The notes beneath the pieces were generated by a model, which searched no databases, was not told where the DNA came from, and saw only the letters and a program-made list of their open reading frames with translations. Both the position numbers and the translations under genes were made by a program. Below, piece after piece: positions 10,761 to 20,827 of a DNA stretch of 64,000 bases (within the stretch, counting starts at the first letter, position 1; every line of letters starts with the position of its first letter). Source of the DNA: an uncultured Methanosarcinales archaeon (lineage in GTDB: Archaea; Nanobdellota; Nanobdellia; Woesearchaeales; JAGVZT01); NCBI GenBank assembly GCA_964419615.1, contig CAYQPU010000003.1, positions 2,707-66,706 on the forward strand, written 5' to 3'.

Positions 10761-11164
10761 ATTTTGGTTTTAATGGGATGTCTAGCTCCGCATGCTGTAC
10801 ATTTGATAAAATCTATCCTACCTTCAGTAACAATTTTGGTATCTGGTTTATTACATTCCTTACATGTTACAAATTCCTTGACATATTTTGATATTTTCTG
10901 GTTAATCATAGATGCAGATACTTTTCTACCCAGAATTAAGCCTTTAGTTTTAATATCTCCAGGAGTTGCTAATTCTTTCAAAATAAACTTAAGAATATGT
11001 TGTGGTTCTCTTCTTAGTGTAGAAGCGATTAAATTAAAGTTTCTAATAATTGTTTTATTTCCTTGAATATGTCCCCTTACCTTTGGAACTTCAAATCTTT
11101 CCTGACTTTTAGTTGTATCTGGTAGTTCTTGTTTAGCCTTTTTTAGTAAATCTTTGTAATCCAT
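10757..11164 (-). CDS. Translation initiation factor 2 beta subunit (aIF2-beta)
   Basis: 135 aa; C-terminal C4 Zn ribbon CKECNKPDT...CTACGA and conserved central helix typical of e/aIF2-beta. Confidence 0.8.
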   Translation of the reverse strand: MDYKDLLKKAKQELPDTTKSQERFEVPKVRGHIQGNKTIIRNFNLIASTLRREPQHILKFILKELATPGDIKTKGLILGRKVSASMINQKISKYVKEFVTCKECNKPDTKIVTEGRIDFIKCTACGARHPIKTKI

Positions 11165-12118
11165 ATGATCAAGAAATATGGTTTTGTTTTTAAAGATTGT
11201 GGGCTAAGTAGTAAATTATATATATCTCTATTTGGATTTTTAATAGTAATGGTATTAGAGAGTCTGATTGATCCAATAAATGCAAGTAAAAGCAAATTAA
11301 ATCTAATTGCCTTAGGATTTTTATATGCATCTGTTGGCTTGTTTGTTGGTTTGCTTGCTTGGCCAGGTCAGGCAAGTTTAGTATTAGTTTTCTTAACAGT
11401 AATGGCTTCTATGCCTTTTGTATATAATTTACTAAAAATAGAAGAAGAAAAAGATACCAAAATCAAAGAAGAAGTAATATTATTAAAAGAGCATTCAAAG
11501 GCACTTGGTTCATTAATGCTTTTATTCTTAGGTTTTACAATTGGTTTTGCCTTTTGGTATAGTACTCTTCCTTCTGCTGTTGTTCAACCAAGTTTTAGTA
11601 CTCAAGTAAACACAATAGTTAATCTTAATTCAAATGTTGTAGGTTATACTTCTTCTGGATTAAATGATTTTACGAGAGTCTTATTGAACAATGTTAAAGT
11701 TCTTATGTTTTGTATACTCTTTGCTTTCTTATATGGTGTAGGTGCAATTTTTATTCTTGTATGGAATGCATCTGTGATAGGAGTTGCAATTGGAAATTTT
11801 ATTAGAAAAGAGATTAGTCTAATTGCTAGTAAGCTTCACTTAACTGTGGTTTCAAATTATTTTAGAATAGTAAGTGTTGGTTTTTTACAATATATTTTAC
11901 ACGCTATTCCTGAAATATTAGCATATTTTACAGGAGGAATGGCAGGTGCAATAATATCAATAGCAGTTATTAATCATGAATTTGGTACAGAAAAATTTGA
12001 AAAGGTGTTAATTGATTCAATAGATCTTATACTTATTGCAATTGGTTTATTAATAGTTGCAGCTTTTATTGAGGTTTATATAACTCCTCCATTTAGATAT
12101 TTTATTCTAGGACTTTAA
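11165..12118 (+). CDS. Polytopic membrane protein, SpoIIM/DUF95-like
   Basis: 317 aa, ~6-7 predicted TM helices; SpoIIM-like core (VGAIFILVWNASVIGVAIG). Confidence 0.35.
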   Translation: MIKKYGFVFKDCGLSSKLYISLFGFLIVMVLESLIDPINASKSKLNLIALGFLYASVGLFVGLLAWPGQASLVLVFLTVMASMPFVYNLLKIEEEKDTKIKEEVILLKEHSKALGSLMLLFLGFTIGFAFWYSTLPSAVVQPSFSTQVNTIVNLNSNVVGYTSSGLNDFTRVLLNNVKVLMFCILFAFLYGVGAIFILVWNASVIGVAIGNFIRKEISLIASKLHLTVVSNYFRIVSVGFLQYILHAIPEILAYFTGGMAGAIISIAVINHEFGTEKFEKVLIDSIDLILIAIGLLIVAAFIEVYITPPFRYFILGL

Positions 12119-12848
12119 GCCTACCACTTTTTATTTCAAATATCTCTCCTTCTTTTAAAAGATTTTTTATAATATCCTCTCCATCAGTTAAACCATATGA
12201 TTCTACAACTTCATCAAAATCTGCTCCCTCTCCCTTGTCAAGTTTTTTTATTAAATCAAATACTGATTGAGTTTTTTCTACAGGTTGATGATTATTAGGA
12301 GTTTCCTTTTTAGTTATTTTTTGAGAAGTTTTATTTGTATTTTGATTTAATTTCCCTTTTTCTTTATCTTGAAGGTTAACTGATTTTGTTTTTTTAAGTT
12401 CTTTTATTGATAATCTTTTTTTCCAAACGTCCACCCATCTTTTATCTTCTACTTTTTTAACAATTTCAGGAATAATATATTTATCATCATTAAATTCTCT
12501 TGGTTTACCAATAATGTTTACTATGTCTCCCATTTGAATATCCTTTAATTGCTTAATTTCTTCAAAAGCTCTAACTTGGATGTTTCCAGTACCATCATCA
12601 ACTAAAAAGCTTTTATTATCCAGACTAATATCTATTATAACTCCCATTAAATTAACTCTTGATATCTCATTATTATCTTTGGTTAGAATATAATTTGGTT
12701 GCCATCCATCTTGTCTAATATACTTGCCTTGAATAAGAGTGTTTATACTGACTATGCAGGCTACTTGCCTTTTCTGAACAGTACTAGATTTTTTGGATGT
12801 ATCCTCTTCTTGGTTCAAATAAATCACCAGATCGTTTGAGTTTTTCAA
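12102..12848 (-). CDS. RPA32/Stn1-like protein: OB-fold plus C-terminal winged helix, immediately downstream of MCM
   Basis: OB-fold-like core (VNLMGVIIDIS...DGTGNIQVRAFEE...GDIVNIIGKPREF) and C-terminal wH; ORF-track start overlaps MCM stop by 65 nt so true start is probably internal. Confidence 0.4.
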   Translation of the reverse strand: MKNSNDLVIYLNQEEDTSKKSSTVQKRQVACIVSINTLIQGKYIRQDGWQPNYILTKDNNEISRVNLMGVIIDISLDNKSFLVDDGTGNIQVRAFEEIKQLKDIQMGDIVNIIGKPREFNDDKYIIPEIVKKVEDKRWVDVWKKRLSIKELKKTKSVNLQDKEKGKLNQNTNKTSQKITKKETPNNHQPVEKTQSVFDLIKKLDKGEGADFDEVVESYGLTDGEDIIKNLLKEGEIFEIKSGRLKVLE

Positions 12849-14802
12849 TAACCTCTTCTACTTCACTATCTTCAACACCTTTTTCTGCAGCTTGTCTTAA
12901 AATATCTTCAATTGGAATTGTTTTAATTCCTTTGTTTTCAATTTCAGATATGATCTCTCTTATTAATACAATTTTGCTTCTTTGGGTTGCAGCAACCCCA
13001 GTTGCAATTCTATCAATATCTATCTTACCTGTTTCTTTATCAACTCCCACTTGAGTTAAACAGTAATGAAGTAAAGATATAGCTCTTTTAGCATCTGCTT
13101 TGGTTACTTTTCCAGCCAATCTAACTCTTGCACTAGCTTCAGATAATCTAACTAAAGCTTCAAGTTGTCTTGGACTAATAGGGATGGATTTGATTAAATC
13201 TTCTTCAGAAGAGCCTTTATTTCTTAAATCAACATAATATGTCTTAATCTCTTTTATGGCTGCATTTGTCAAAACAGGTTTAACTCCTTGTTTTGCATAT
13301 GCAATATATTTTTTTATTAAATCAGTTTCAATTTCAGGTTCAACTGTTTCTAAATTTTTGTGGATTTCTAAAATAAATGATGCCATCTTGTCATCTTTTT
13401 TTTCATCAGGCATATCTTTTATTGGAAATATTAAGTCAAATCTGTTAATAAGAGTTGGAGGTAATTCAATTTGCTTTGCTAACATCTCATAAGGATCAAA
13501 TCTACCAAATTTAGGGTTAGCTGCTGCTAGTACTGTGGTTTTTGCAAGTAATGTAGCTTGAATATTGGCTTTAGATACAGTCACAGTTTGTTGCTCTAAA
13601 GCTTCATGCATTGCGCTCCTATCTTCAGAACTCATTTTATCTAATTCATCAATACAACAGATTCCTTTGTTTGCTAGAACAAGAGCACCTGCCTCTAGAG
13701 CATACCCTTTCATAAATTCATCTTTAACAACACTTGCTGTTAAACCAACACCAGTTGCACCTTTACCAGAAACATACATACCTTTTGGAGCTATTACTTG
13801 TATTCTTTTTAAAAGCTGAGATTTACCAGCTCCTGGATCTCCAATAAGTAACACATGAATGTCTCCTCTTGTTACAACCCCATCATTTCTCTTTTTTTGA
13901 ACTCCAGCAAAAAGCTGTAAAATTAATGCTTCTTTTACTCTATCATGACCATAAATTGAAGGTGCTATTGACTGAAGGAATTTATCATATATTTTTGGAT
14001 CTTGAGAAAGTTCTTGTATCTTTTTTTCTTCTTTCTTTGAAATTTTGATTTCAGTAAAATCTTCTTCCAAGGCTTTTACATGGTTTGAATCTATTACCAG
14101 ATCATATCTTGTTGAGGTACCACCTGTTCTTAGAACAATTGGAACTTCTCGAATTATTCCTGTAACTAGAATTTTTGATCCAGGATTGGTTTTCTTTTCA
14201 GAGATAGGACTTACAAGATCTTGCTTAAGAAATATGCTTATTCTTTTTGGTTGCTCACTGCCTTCCAGATTTTCAGGTGCTTCTTCTAGTACTATTCTTT
14301 GGGCATCAACTAATTCTTTACTAATAACTCTGAATTTGCCTTTTCTTCCACAACCACATCTTGATGGTTCCTTAAACTTGGTATCTACCTGCAAAATGTT
14401 GATAATATTCCCACAAGAAGGACATTCAAATTGACTAGAAATCACTTGGGGCCGGACATCTGATTTTTGTCTTACTAATCCGTCAACTAAGACAAATATT
14501 CCTAAATGCTTTGCTCTCACGTCCCTAATTCTTACTCTCTGAGATTCAGGGATATTTGAAAATCTGACTTTGAATCTTTCTGTTTCTTTAATATCAAAAT
14601 TTTCTACAGATAACTCAGCTGCTTTAATTACTTCTTCTGGTTGTTCTAAAAGTTCTTCAGCTAAGCTAGGATCAAACTTTAAAAGTTCTTTAAAATCAAC
14701 AATTAAAAAACTCTTGTCAGACTGAACATTTTGGAGAATTTGGGTTTTATAATTAATGTCAAGAAACTCATCAAATCTCTTAATCTGTTCTGCAGCCTCC
14801 AT
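12784..14802 (-). CDS. mcm: MCM replicative helicase
   Basis: 672 aa; Zn finger CPSCGN...CGCG, Walker A GDPGAGKSQ, Walker B CCIDELDKM, arginine finger region. Confidence 0.9.
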   Translation of the reverse strand: MEAAEQIKRFDEFLDINYKTQILQNVQSDKSFLIVDFKELLKFDPSLAEELLEQPEEVIKAAELSVENFDIKETERFKVRFSNIPESQRVRIRDVRAKHLGIFVLVDGLVRQKSDVRPQVISSQFECPSCGNIINILQVDTKFKEPSRCGCGRKGKFRVISKELVDAQRIVLEEAPENLEGSEQPKRISIFLKQDLVSPISEKKTNPGSKILVTGIIREVPIVLRTGGTSTRYDLVIDSNHVKALEEDFTEIKISKKEEKKIQELSQDPKIYDKFLQSIAPSIYGHDRVKEALILQLFAGVQKKRNDGVVTRGDIHVLLIGDPGAGKSQLLKRIQVIAPKGMYVSGKGATGVGLTASVVKDEFMKGYALEAGALVLANKGICCIDELDKMSSEDRSAMHEALEQQTVTVSKANIQATLLAKTTVLAAANPKFGRFDPYEMLAKQIELPPTLINRFDLIFPIKDMPDEKKDDKMASFILEIHKNLETVEPEIETDLIKKYIAYAKQGVKPVLTNAAIKEIKTYYVDLRNKGSSEEDLIKSIPISPRQLEALVRLSEASARVRLAGKVTKADAKRAISLLHYCLTQVGVDKETGKIDIDRIATGVAATQRSKIVLIREIISEIENKGIKTIPIEDILRQAAEKGVEDSEVEEVIEKLKRSGDLFEPRRGYIQKI

Positions 14803-14806
14803 ACTG

Positions 14807-15382
14807 TTACATTACTTTTTTTAGGTTTAAGATTAATTTATCAAGTGCTGCATGTACTTCAGCTTCACTTTTTGTACCAGTACATACAACTTTTCCATTA
14901 GTAAATAACAGGAATGTTGCCTTAGCATCAATTAACTTGAAAACCAATCCTGGAAATTGTTCAGGTTCATATTCTGTATTCTTAAGCTTCATTGCTAAAG
15001 TGTTCAAATTCAGATCCATTCCAACTGAACCAGATGCAACAATGTTTTGAATCTTGATTTCAGGTTCAATGTCAATATTTACATTGATCTTTTTAAGATT
15101 AATAATTATCTTTTTTATTGATTCCTCTACTTTATCCATAGATTTTGCGCCAGTACACACAACTTTTCCGGAACTAAAGATTAATGCAGATGTTTTTGGT
15201 TCTCTGATTCTAATAACTAATCCTGGAAATTGTTCTGGATTATACTCTGTGTTTGGAAGAGTTGCGGCCATCTTTTCAAGAGGAATGTCTTGTTCTAAAG
15301 AGGTGCTAACTACAATATTTACAACTCTAATATCTCGATTTTTACCTTCTTTCCATGTATCTACTTTCTTTTTGTTAGTCAT
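14807..15382 (-). CDS. tbp: TATA-box binding protein
   Basis: 191 aa; two direct TBP repeats (NIVASG..EYNPEQFPGLV twice). Confidence 0.9.
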   Translation of the reverse strand: MTNKKKVDTWKEGKNRDIRVVNIVVSTSLEQDIPLEKMAATLPNTEYNPEQFPGLVIRIREPKTSALIFSSGKVVCTGAKSMDKVEESIKKIIINLKKINVNIDIEPEIKIQNIVASGSVGMDLNLNTLAMKLKNTEYEPEQFPGLVFKLIDAKATFLLFTNGKVVCTGTKSEAEVHAALDKLILNLKKVM

Positions 15383-15684
15383 TTTTTATACCCCCGTAAT
15401 TTGGCAAATGCCAACTTTTCATTTATAAATGAAAATTCATTTATAAATACTTTTATTTTTAAATGATATTTAAACAAAATATATGTTAAAAAAGGGATGC
15501 CCCCCTGGTTTCCAATAGAATTATGGGCTTTAGATACTGTTAAACCCTTGTTTTTTAATATATGATCATTTAATACATAGTTGACCCCTCAATTTCCAGT
15601 GGAGAGTTTAATATATTTTTTACTAAATTTTAATATATATTGTAAACCAAAATTATAAATATAAGTTAACAATAGTTAATTTTC
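15383..15684. promoter_or_regulatory. Divergent tbp/iscS intergenic region containing two ORB-like elements with C-strings and a perfect 13+13 palindrome; candidate origin or shared operator
   Basis: 15500-15521 gcccccctggTTTCCAATAGAA and 15583-15606 gaccccTCAATTTCCAGTGGAG (mini-ORB core plus C/G string, same orientation); 15422-15449 ATTTATAAATGAA-AA-TTCATTTATAAAT inverted repeat; flanks AT-rich. Confidence 0.45.
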
Positions 15685-16866
15685 ATGAAAGTTTATCTTG
15701 ATAATGGAGCTACAACTAAGGTTGCTCCTGAAGTATTAAAGGAGATGATCCCTTATTTTTCAGAAAAGTATGGTAATTCTTCTTCTTTGCATAAGTTTGG
15801 GAAAGAAGCAAAAAAAGCAATTGAGCAAGCCAGAGCTACAATAGCTAAACAGATTAATGCTGATCCCGCTGAAATTATTTTCACATCTGGAGGCACAGAA
15901 TCTGATAATCTTGCTATAAAAGGAATTGCCTATGCTAATAAGAACAAAGGTAATCATATTATAACCACTAAATTTGAGCATCCTGCAATTGAAAAGACTT
16001 GTGAAATTCTTTTAAAACAAGGATTTGAAGTTACTTTTTTAAACGTGTCTAAACAAGGTTTTGTCCGTGTTGAGGATGTTAAAGCTGCAATAACAGACAA
16101 AACCATATTAGTTAGTATTATGCATGCTAACAACGAGATTGGAACAATTCAACCTATTGAAGAAATCGGAAAAATTTGTAAAGATAAAGGAATTTATTTT
16201 CACACAGATGCAGTACAAAGTTTTACAAAAATCCCAATTGATGTTAAAAAAATGAATATAGACTTGGCATCATTTTCTTCTCATAAGATCCACGGTCCAA
16301 AAGGAGTTGGTGCTTTATATTTGAAAAGTGGAACTAAGATAGAACCTCAATCCATAGGAGGATCACATGAATTTGGAAAAAGAGCTGGAACTGAGAATAT
16401 TTCAGGAATTGTTGGATTTGCAAAAGCTTCGATTATTATTTCACAAGAAGATATTAATAATATGAAAAGATTAAGAAATAAATTAATAGATTCTCTTTTG
16501 GAAATACCACATGTTCAGTTAAATGGTTCTAAGGATAATAGGCTTTGTAATAATGCAAATTTAAGATTTAATTTAATTGAGGGTGAAGCCATGCTTATTC
16601 ACTTGGATATGCTAGGAATAGCTGTTTCGACTGGTTCAGCCTGTTCTGCTAAAGATCTTAAACCAAGTCATGTGTTATTAGCAATTGGTTTATCTCATGA
16701 TGTAGCACACGGATCTATTAGATTTACATTAAGTAAATTTACAACTGATGAAGAAATTGATTATACAATTTCAAAAGTAAAAGAAGTTGTAGACAAGCTT
16801 AGGAAGATGAGTCCTTTAAAACCAGGATATAATGCAGATGATTTTCCAAAACATGATCCCCATTAA
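15685..16866 (+). CDS. iscS: Cysteine desulfurase (IscS/NifS class V aminotransferase)
   Basis: 393 aa; PLP-lysine region SFSSHKIHGPKGVGALY, active Cys loop STGSACSA. Confidence 0.85.
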   Translation: MKVYLDNGATTKVAPEVLKEMIPYFSEKYGNSSSLHKFGKEAKKAIEQARATIAKQINADPAEIIFTSGGTESDNLAIKGIAYANKNKGNHIITTKFEHPAIEKTCEILLKQGFEVTFLNVSKQGFVRVEDVKAAITDKTILVSIMHANNEIGTIQPIEEIGKICKDKGIYFHTDAVQSFTKIPIDVKKMNIDLASFSSHKIHGPKGVGALYLKSGTKIEPQSIGGSHEFGKRAGTENISGIVGFAKASIIISQEDINNMKRLRNKLIDSLLEIPHVQLNGSKDNRLCNNANLRFNLIEGEAMLIHLDMLGIAVSTGSACSAKDLKPSHVLLAIGLSHDVAHGSIRFTLSKFTTDEEIDYTISKVKEVVDKLRKMSPLKPGYNADDFPKHDPH

Positions 16867-16932
16867 ATCTTATTAAATCAAATGTATATCTCTTTGAAAA
16901 AGCTTAAATATCATTAGATTACACCTTATTTA

Positions 16933-17367
16933 ATGGAAGAAAATAACAACACAAAAAAAGGAGTATCAGCAATTATCTATGATGATAAAGGCAGCAATCA
17001 CTATTTTTTAATTCTGAGAAGAGCAGATGGTAGAAAAAGGTTTGAGTTTGTTAAAGGAGACTGTGAACCTGGGGAAGATCCAATTGATGCAGTAAAAAGA
17101 ATAGTTAAAGAGTTTGCTGGACTTAGGAATTTTGAGGTTAAAGGGAATTTGGTTGGAGAAAGGAGTACGGGTTCTGATGATAAGAAATATACAACTTTTT
17201 TAGTGGAGGCCAATATGAACGTAGTTGTTGATATTAGTCAATCAGAAAATCATGATAGCTACCTTTGGACAGCTAAGGAAAATGTTACTGAAAAGCTCAT
17301 TTTAGATGATGAGATAGCTAGTTTTACACAAGCCTTGAAAATCTTGAATTCAGGTCAGCTTAAGTAA
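16933..17367 (+). CDS. NUDIX-like hydrolase (divergent)
   Basis: 144 aa; GDCEPGEDPIDAVKRIVKEFAG resembles Nudix box GX5EX7REUXEEXGU. Confidence 0.35.
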   Translation: MEENNNTKKGVSAIIYDDKGSNHYFLILRRADGRKRFEFVKGDCEPGEDPIDAVKRIVKEFAGLRNFEVKGNLVGERSTGSDDKKYTTFLVEANMNVVVDISQSENHDSYLWTAKENVTEKLILDDEIASFTQALKILNSGQLK

Positions 17368-17373
17368 TAGTTA

Positions 17374-17856
17374 CTACATTGCTAATAAATCCGGAACTTC
17401 TTCCACATAAAACCCAAAATGATTTACAAAACTTTCTACTAATTCAGGATTTTTAGACTCAATTAGTTTTAACAAGTCTGTTGTAACACAAAAAGTACAT
17501 ACTTTTACTTGTTCTCCACATAAAATACACTTTGTTGATGTCTCTTGAGCATGTTTATCCATTACTGTATCAACTAAAGGTGCAATTGAGGGAGCTCTTT
17601 CACATACCCACACTGTTAATTGTTCTTTTAGGCAATCTACACAGATTGGATTTGTGATTGAATCCTCACAACTGACACATAATGCTTCCCAATTTTGGTG
17701 TTTGTTTTCCATTTTCCCCTCATAGCTCACAAAACACCTGGGTACAGATTGATTAGAACAACAATCAAAGATTTCTGCAATCCCAGGCACCGACCCGAGC
17801 TCACATATCTTTGATATCTTTTGTGTATTTGATGGTATCCACACATAAAGATACAT
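17374..17856 (-). CDS. Cysteine-rich hypothetical protein (17 Cys in 160 aa)
   Basis: Multiple CxxC/CC pairs; locally elevated GC compared with surroundings. Confidence 0.3.
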   Translation of the reverse strand: MYLYVWIPSNTQKISKICELGSVPGIAEIFDCCSNQSVPRCFVSYEGKMENKHQNWEALCVSCEDSITNPICVDCLKEQLTVWVCERAPSIAPLVDTVMDKHAQETSTKCILCGEQVKVCTFCVTTDLLKLIESKNPELVESFVNHFGFYVEEVPDLLAM

Positions 17857-18006
17857 CTACCAGAAAGTTAAAAATAATATCTGTATGTGCAAACATAAGC
17901 TTAAAGATAATTATAAGGTATAAATACTTTTCGTAATTTTTTCCAAAAAATAATCTATATTTTTATTAAGGAAATATTTAAAAGCTATTTTGGGTTTGTT
18001 TATTAT

Positions 18007-18201
18007 ATGAAGGTATATATTGAATATAATGATGAAGAAAAAGAAGTTGATTTTCAGGGTACTGCAAAGGATCTTTTAAAGCAACTAAATATAAATCCAA
18101 TTACTGTAGTTCTTGTGAAAAACAATAAATTAGTTTCAGAGAAAACAACTTTTAATAATAAAGATAGCTTAAGAATACTTTCAGTTGTCTCTGGAGGTTA
18201 A
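18007..18201 (+). CDS. samp: Ubiquitin-like small archaeal modifier / ThiS-MoaD beta-grasp protein ending in Gly-Gly
   Basis: 64 aa; C-terminal ...LSVVSGG stop; size and diglycine terminus typical of SAMP/Urm1/ThiS sulfur carriers. Confidence 0.55.
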   Translation: MKVYIEYNDEEKEVDFQGTAKDLLKQLNINPITVVLVKNNKLVSEKTTFNNKDSLRILSVVSGG

Positions 18202-18873
18202 AGTAATTCCGTCAATAATCTTATTTCCTTTTTTGTAATCAATATTATCCTTAATTTTATTGTGTGTATTATTTACTACATTTTTTGATTCCAAGGTATT
18301 CATACCAAGCATCACAGCCACACTTTTAATATCATTTTCTGATCTCATCTCCCATTTATTATATGCAAAAGATGCTAGCAATAAGTCTACATTGTATTTT
18401 CTACAATATTTAACATTTTGATTAATCCTTCCTATTCTTTCTTTGGATTTATTGTTAAGAATATCTGAGAAAGAAAAACCAATCATTATTTTATTCTTAT
18501 TGGCAAGCTTGCATAAAACTTGATTAAGACCTGCTCTTTTATAATGGACTTTGTCAGATCTTTTATCAGACTCCAAATTATATATAATATCTGGTTTGTA
18601 TTTTTCAAAAGCTTCCCTGTTTTGGGTACTAGATTTCACAATTACTAAATCTGCTAGTTTTCTAGCTTTTGATGCTTGTTTTGGCTTTACCAACAGTCCC
18701 AAATAAATTTGCATGTCACTTTTTTTATTTAATTCCATGATTCTTTGCTGAATCTTGCTTATATTATTAGGTTGATAATCATAAACAAAGCAAATACCTT
18801 TGATTTCTAGAGCAGAGCATGTACTAAGAAAATCTTTTTCATTATTATTTGGAAATACAATATCTACGTACAT
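18181..18873 (-). CDS. rnp3: RNase P protein component 3 (Rpp30/Rnp3, TIM-barrel)
   Basis: 230 aa; MYVDI start, IMIGFSFSDIL and KYNVDLLLASFAYNKWEMRS blocks parallel Pyrococcus Rpp30. Confidence 0.6.
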   Translation of the reverse strand: MYVDIVFPNNNEKDFLSTCSALEIKGICFVYDYQPNNISKIQQRIMELNKKSDMQIYLGLLVKPKQASKARKLADLVIVKSSTQNREAFEKYKPDIIYNLESDKRSDKVHYKRAGLNQVLCKLANKNKIMIGFSFSDILNNKSKERIGRINQNVKYCRKYNVDLLLASFAYNKWEMRSENDIKSVAVMLGMNTLESKNVVNNTHNKIKDNIDYKKGNKIIDGITLTSRDN

Positions 18874-18887
18874 ATTTAATTCTAATC

Positions 18888-19778
18888 TTATTTTTTATTT
18901 AAAATTGTTGGTTTAATTTGATTAACTAATACACAACAGCTACATATCTCTCCTGTACTTGGTTCTCCACACTCCTTACAATGTGTTAGTTTTGTTTTGA
19001 CATTATGAATTGCTGATAAATCAAGTTTCAAGTAATTATTAATAAGATTAATTTTAGCTCCCTGATTTATTAATTCATAATTATTCAAAATATCTCTAAC
19101 CTTACTCCTAATAGAGCTTGATGCATATGGACATTCAATATGCCTAATATTAAATTCTTTAATAAAACTGTAGATTTTAACTTCTTTTTCAGAAATAAAA
19201 TAAAGTGGTTTTACTCTTGGAACAAATTTTTCATCTTGTATTACTCCAGATACAGGACCTAATCTAACAAGTGAGTTCATATTTGTTTTTAGCAGATTCA
19301 TTAAGACATTTTGAGCTTCATCATCAAGGTTATGTCCAGTAACAAGTTTATCATATTCTCTTGCATATTTATTAATCATGTATCTTCTGAATGTACCACA
19401 AACAGTACATAATCTTTTTTTATCCACTTGGTCTAAATCAAAACCAAATTCTTCTTTGAATGAAATTACCTTAAGTTTAATTTTATGTTTTTGGCAGAAT
19501 TCTTTTAAGTCTTCTAATGTATATTTTCTGTATCCTTTGATACCTTCATCAATAGCTAGTGCTTCAACATTTTCAAACACTTTGCTAACTAAATAAAGCG
19601 CAACTGTTGAGTCTTTACCTCCACTACATGCAACAGCAATTTTGTCTGAAGATTTTATTAGATTATATTTATTGATGGTCTCATAGAACCTTTTTTCAAA
19701 AAACTCAATAAAGTGATCTGTACAATAAGCCTTGTCTGTTTCATAAATTGAATCCTTTTTACAACAACTGCATTTCAT
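18888..19778 (-). CDS. ncsA: tRNA 2-thiolation ATPase NcsA/Ncs6 (PP-loop, TtcA family) with N- and C-terminal Zn fingers
   Basis: PP-loop SGGKDS; CCKK...C..H N-terminal and CKECGEPSTGEICSCC C-terminal Cys clusters. Confidence 0.75.
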   Translation of the reverse strand: MKCSCCKKDSIYETDKAYCTDHFIEFFEKRFYETINKYNLIKSSDKIAVACSGGKDSTVALYLVSKVFENVEALAIDEGIKGYRKYTLEDLKEFCQKHKIKLKVISFKEEFGFDLDQVDKKRLCTVCGTFRRYMINKYAREYDKLVTGHNLDDEAQNVLMNLLKTNMNSLVRLGPVSGVIQDEKFVPRVKPLYFISEKEVKIYSFIKEFNIRHIECPYASSSIRSKVRDILNNYELINQGAKINLINNYLKLDLSAIHNVKTKLTHCKECGEPSTGEICSCCVLVNQIKPTILNKK

Positions 19779-19810
19779 GTTTTACCTTTTGTTTCACTAA
19801 ATAGATTTTA

Positions 19811-20737
19811 TTATGTGGGATTTATAAAAACCAAATCTTTTTTAATTATTCTAGTTAATGGTTTGTTATTATTATATATTACTGCTCCTTTTGGAGTTAT
19901 TTTAATTATGTTACCTTCAACAAGTTTTTGTAATACAACATTTCCCTGTTTAGTATTTATAAATTGAGAGTTAGGAGTATCTGCATGGTAATAAACTGTT
20001 TTGTATTTTAATAGAGTTTCATTTTCATAATGACCATTAAATGAAAAGGAAACACTATCTCCTACTGTTCTATGTGGAGATTTATCTTTATACAAAATTA
20101 ATAAAGGCATTTTTAAGATTTTATTATATTGTGAATGTAATTCTGGAAATCTTTTTTCAACAAATAAGAGTACTCTTTGTGCATAATCAATAGATTCTTG
20201 ACAATTATAATTACACACATAGTGCCTTATTATTGATAAGTTTGAACCACCTCTATTGTAAAAATTATTTATTCTGTAATCAATTTCATTTACTTTATCA
20301 ATTTGAAAAAAATCAGTATATGACTTGTTTATCCAAGATGCCCTTGTACAGCAAATTGGATAGGATAAGCCTTCTCCAACCTCATCACAGTATTCTTTTG
20401 GAGATTTATAATATTTGTCAAATTGTTTTAGATTTTCTCCTCTTTGTCCAATAAATACATTGTACTTATAGTCTACATTGTGTTTTTTTATCCAATGATA
20501 ACCTTTTGTTGTTAATGAACAGAATTTTTTTGTAGGATCTAATGTATGTAACATATCTAATAGTTTTTTTGCCAGATAAGGATCTGAAGTTTCCAATGCT
20601 GCAATATTTTTCACACCAGATATTAATCCAATAAATTCTGAAAGATACCCTGATAATAAAGGTCTTGAATTATACCTAAGTTGAAAAAACAAATCTTTTA
20701 TATTACCATGAATGCTTACTTGTTTGTTTGAATGCAT
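19811..20737 (-). CDS. Hypothetical protein (Cys-containing, 308 aa)
   Basis: No recognisable motifs. Confidence 0.3.
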   Translation of the reverse strand: MHSNKQVSIHGNIKDLFFQLRYNSRPLLSGYLSEFIGLISGVKNIAALETSDPYLAKKLLDMLHTLDPTKKFCSLTTKGYHWIKKHNVDYKYNVFIGQRGENLKQFDKYYKSPKEYCDEVGEGLSYPICCTRASWINKSYTDFFQIDKVNEIDYRINNFYNRGGSNLSIIRHYVCNYNCQESIDYAQRVLLFVEKRFPELHSQYNKILKMPLLILYKDKSPHRTVGDSVSFSFNGHYENETLLKYKTVYYHADTPNSQFINTKQGNVVLQKLVEGNIIKITPKGAVIYNNNKPLTRIIKKDLVFINPT

Positions 20738-20827
20738 CTTAAGCTTTAGTTGTTATAATTAACTATATAATCATTTCTTTGATCCTATTAAAAAGATTTA
20801 TAAAACATCCTTAATTAACTTTAGATC

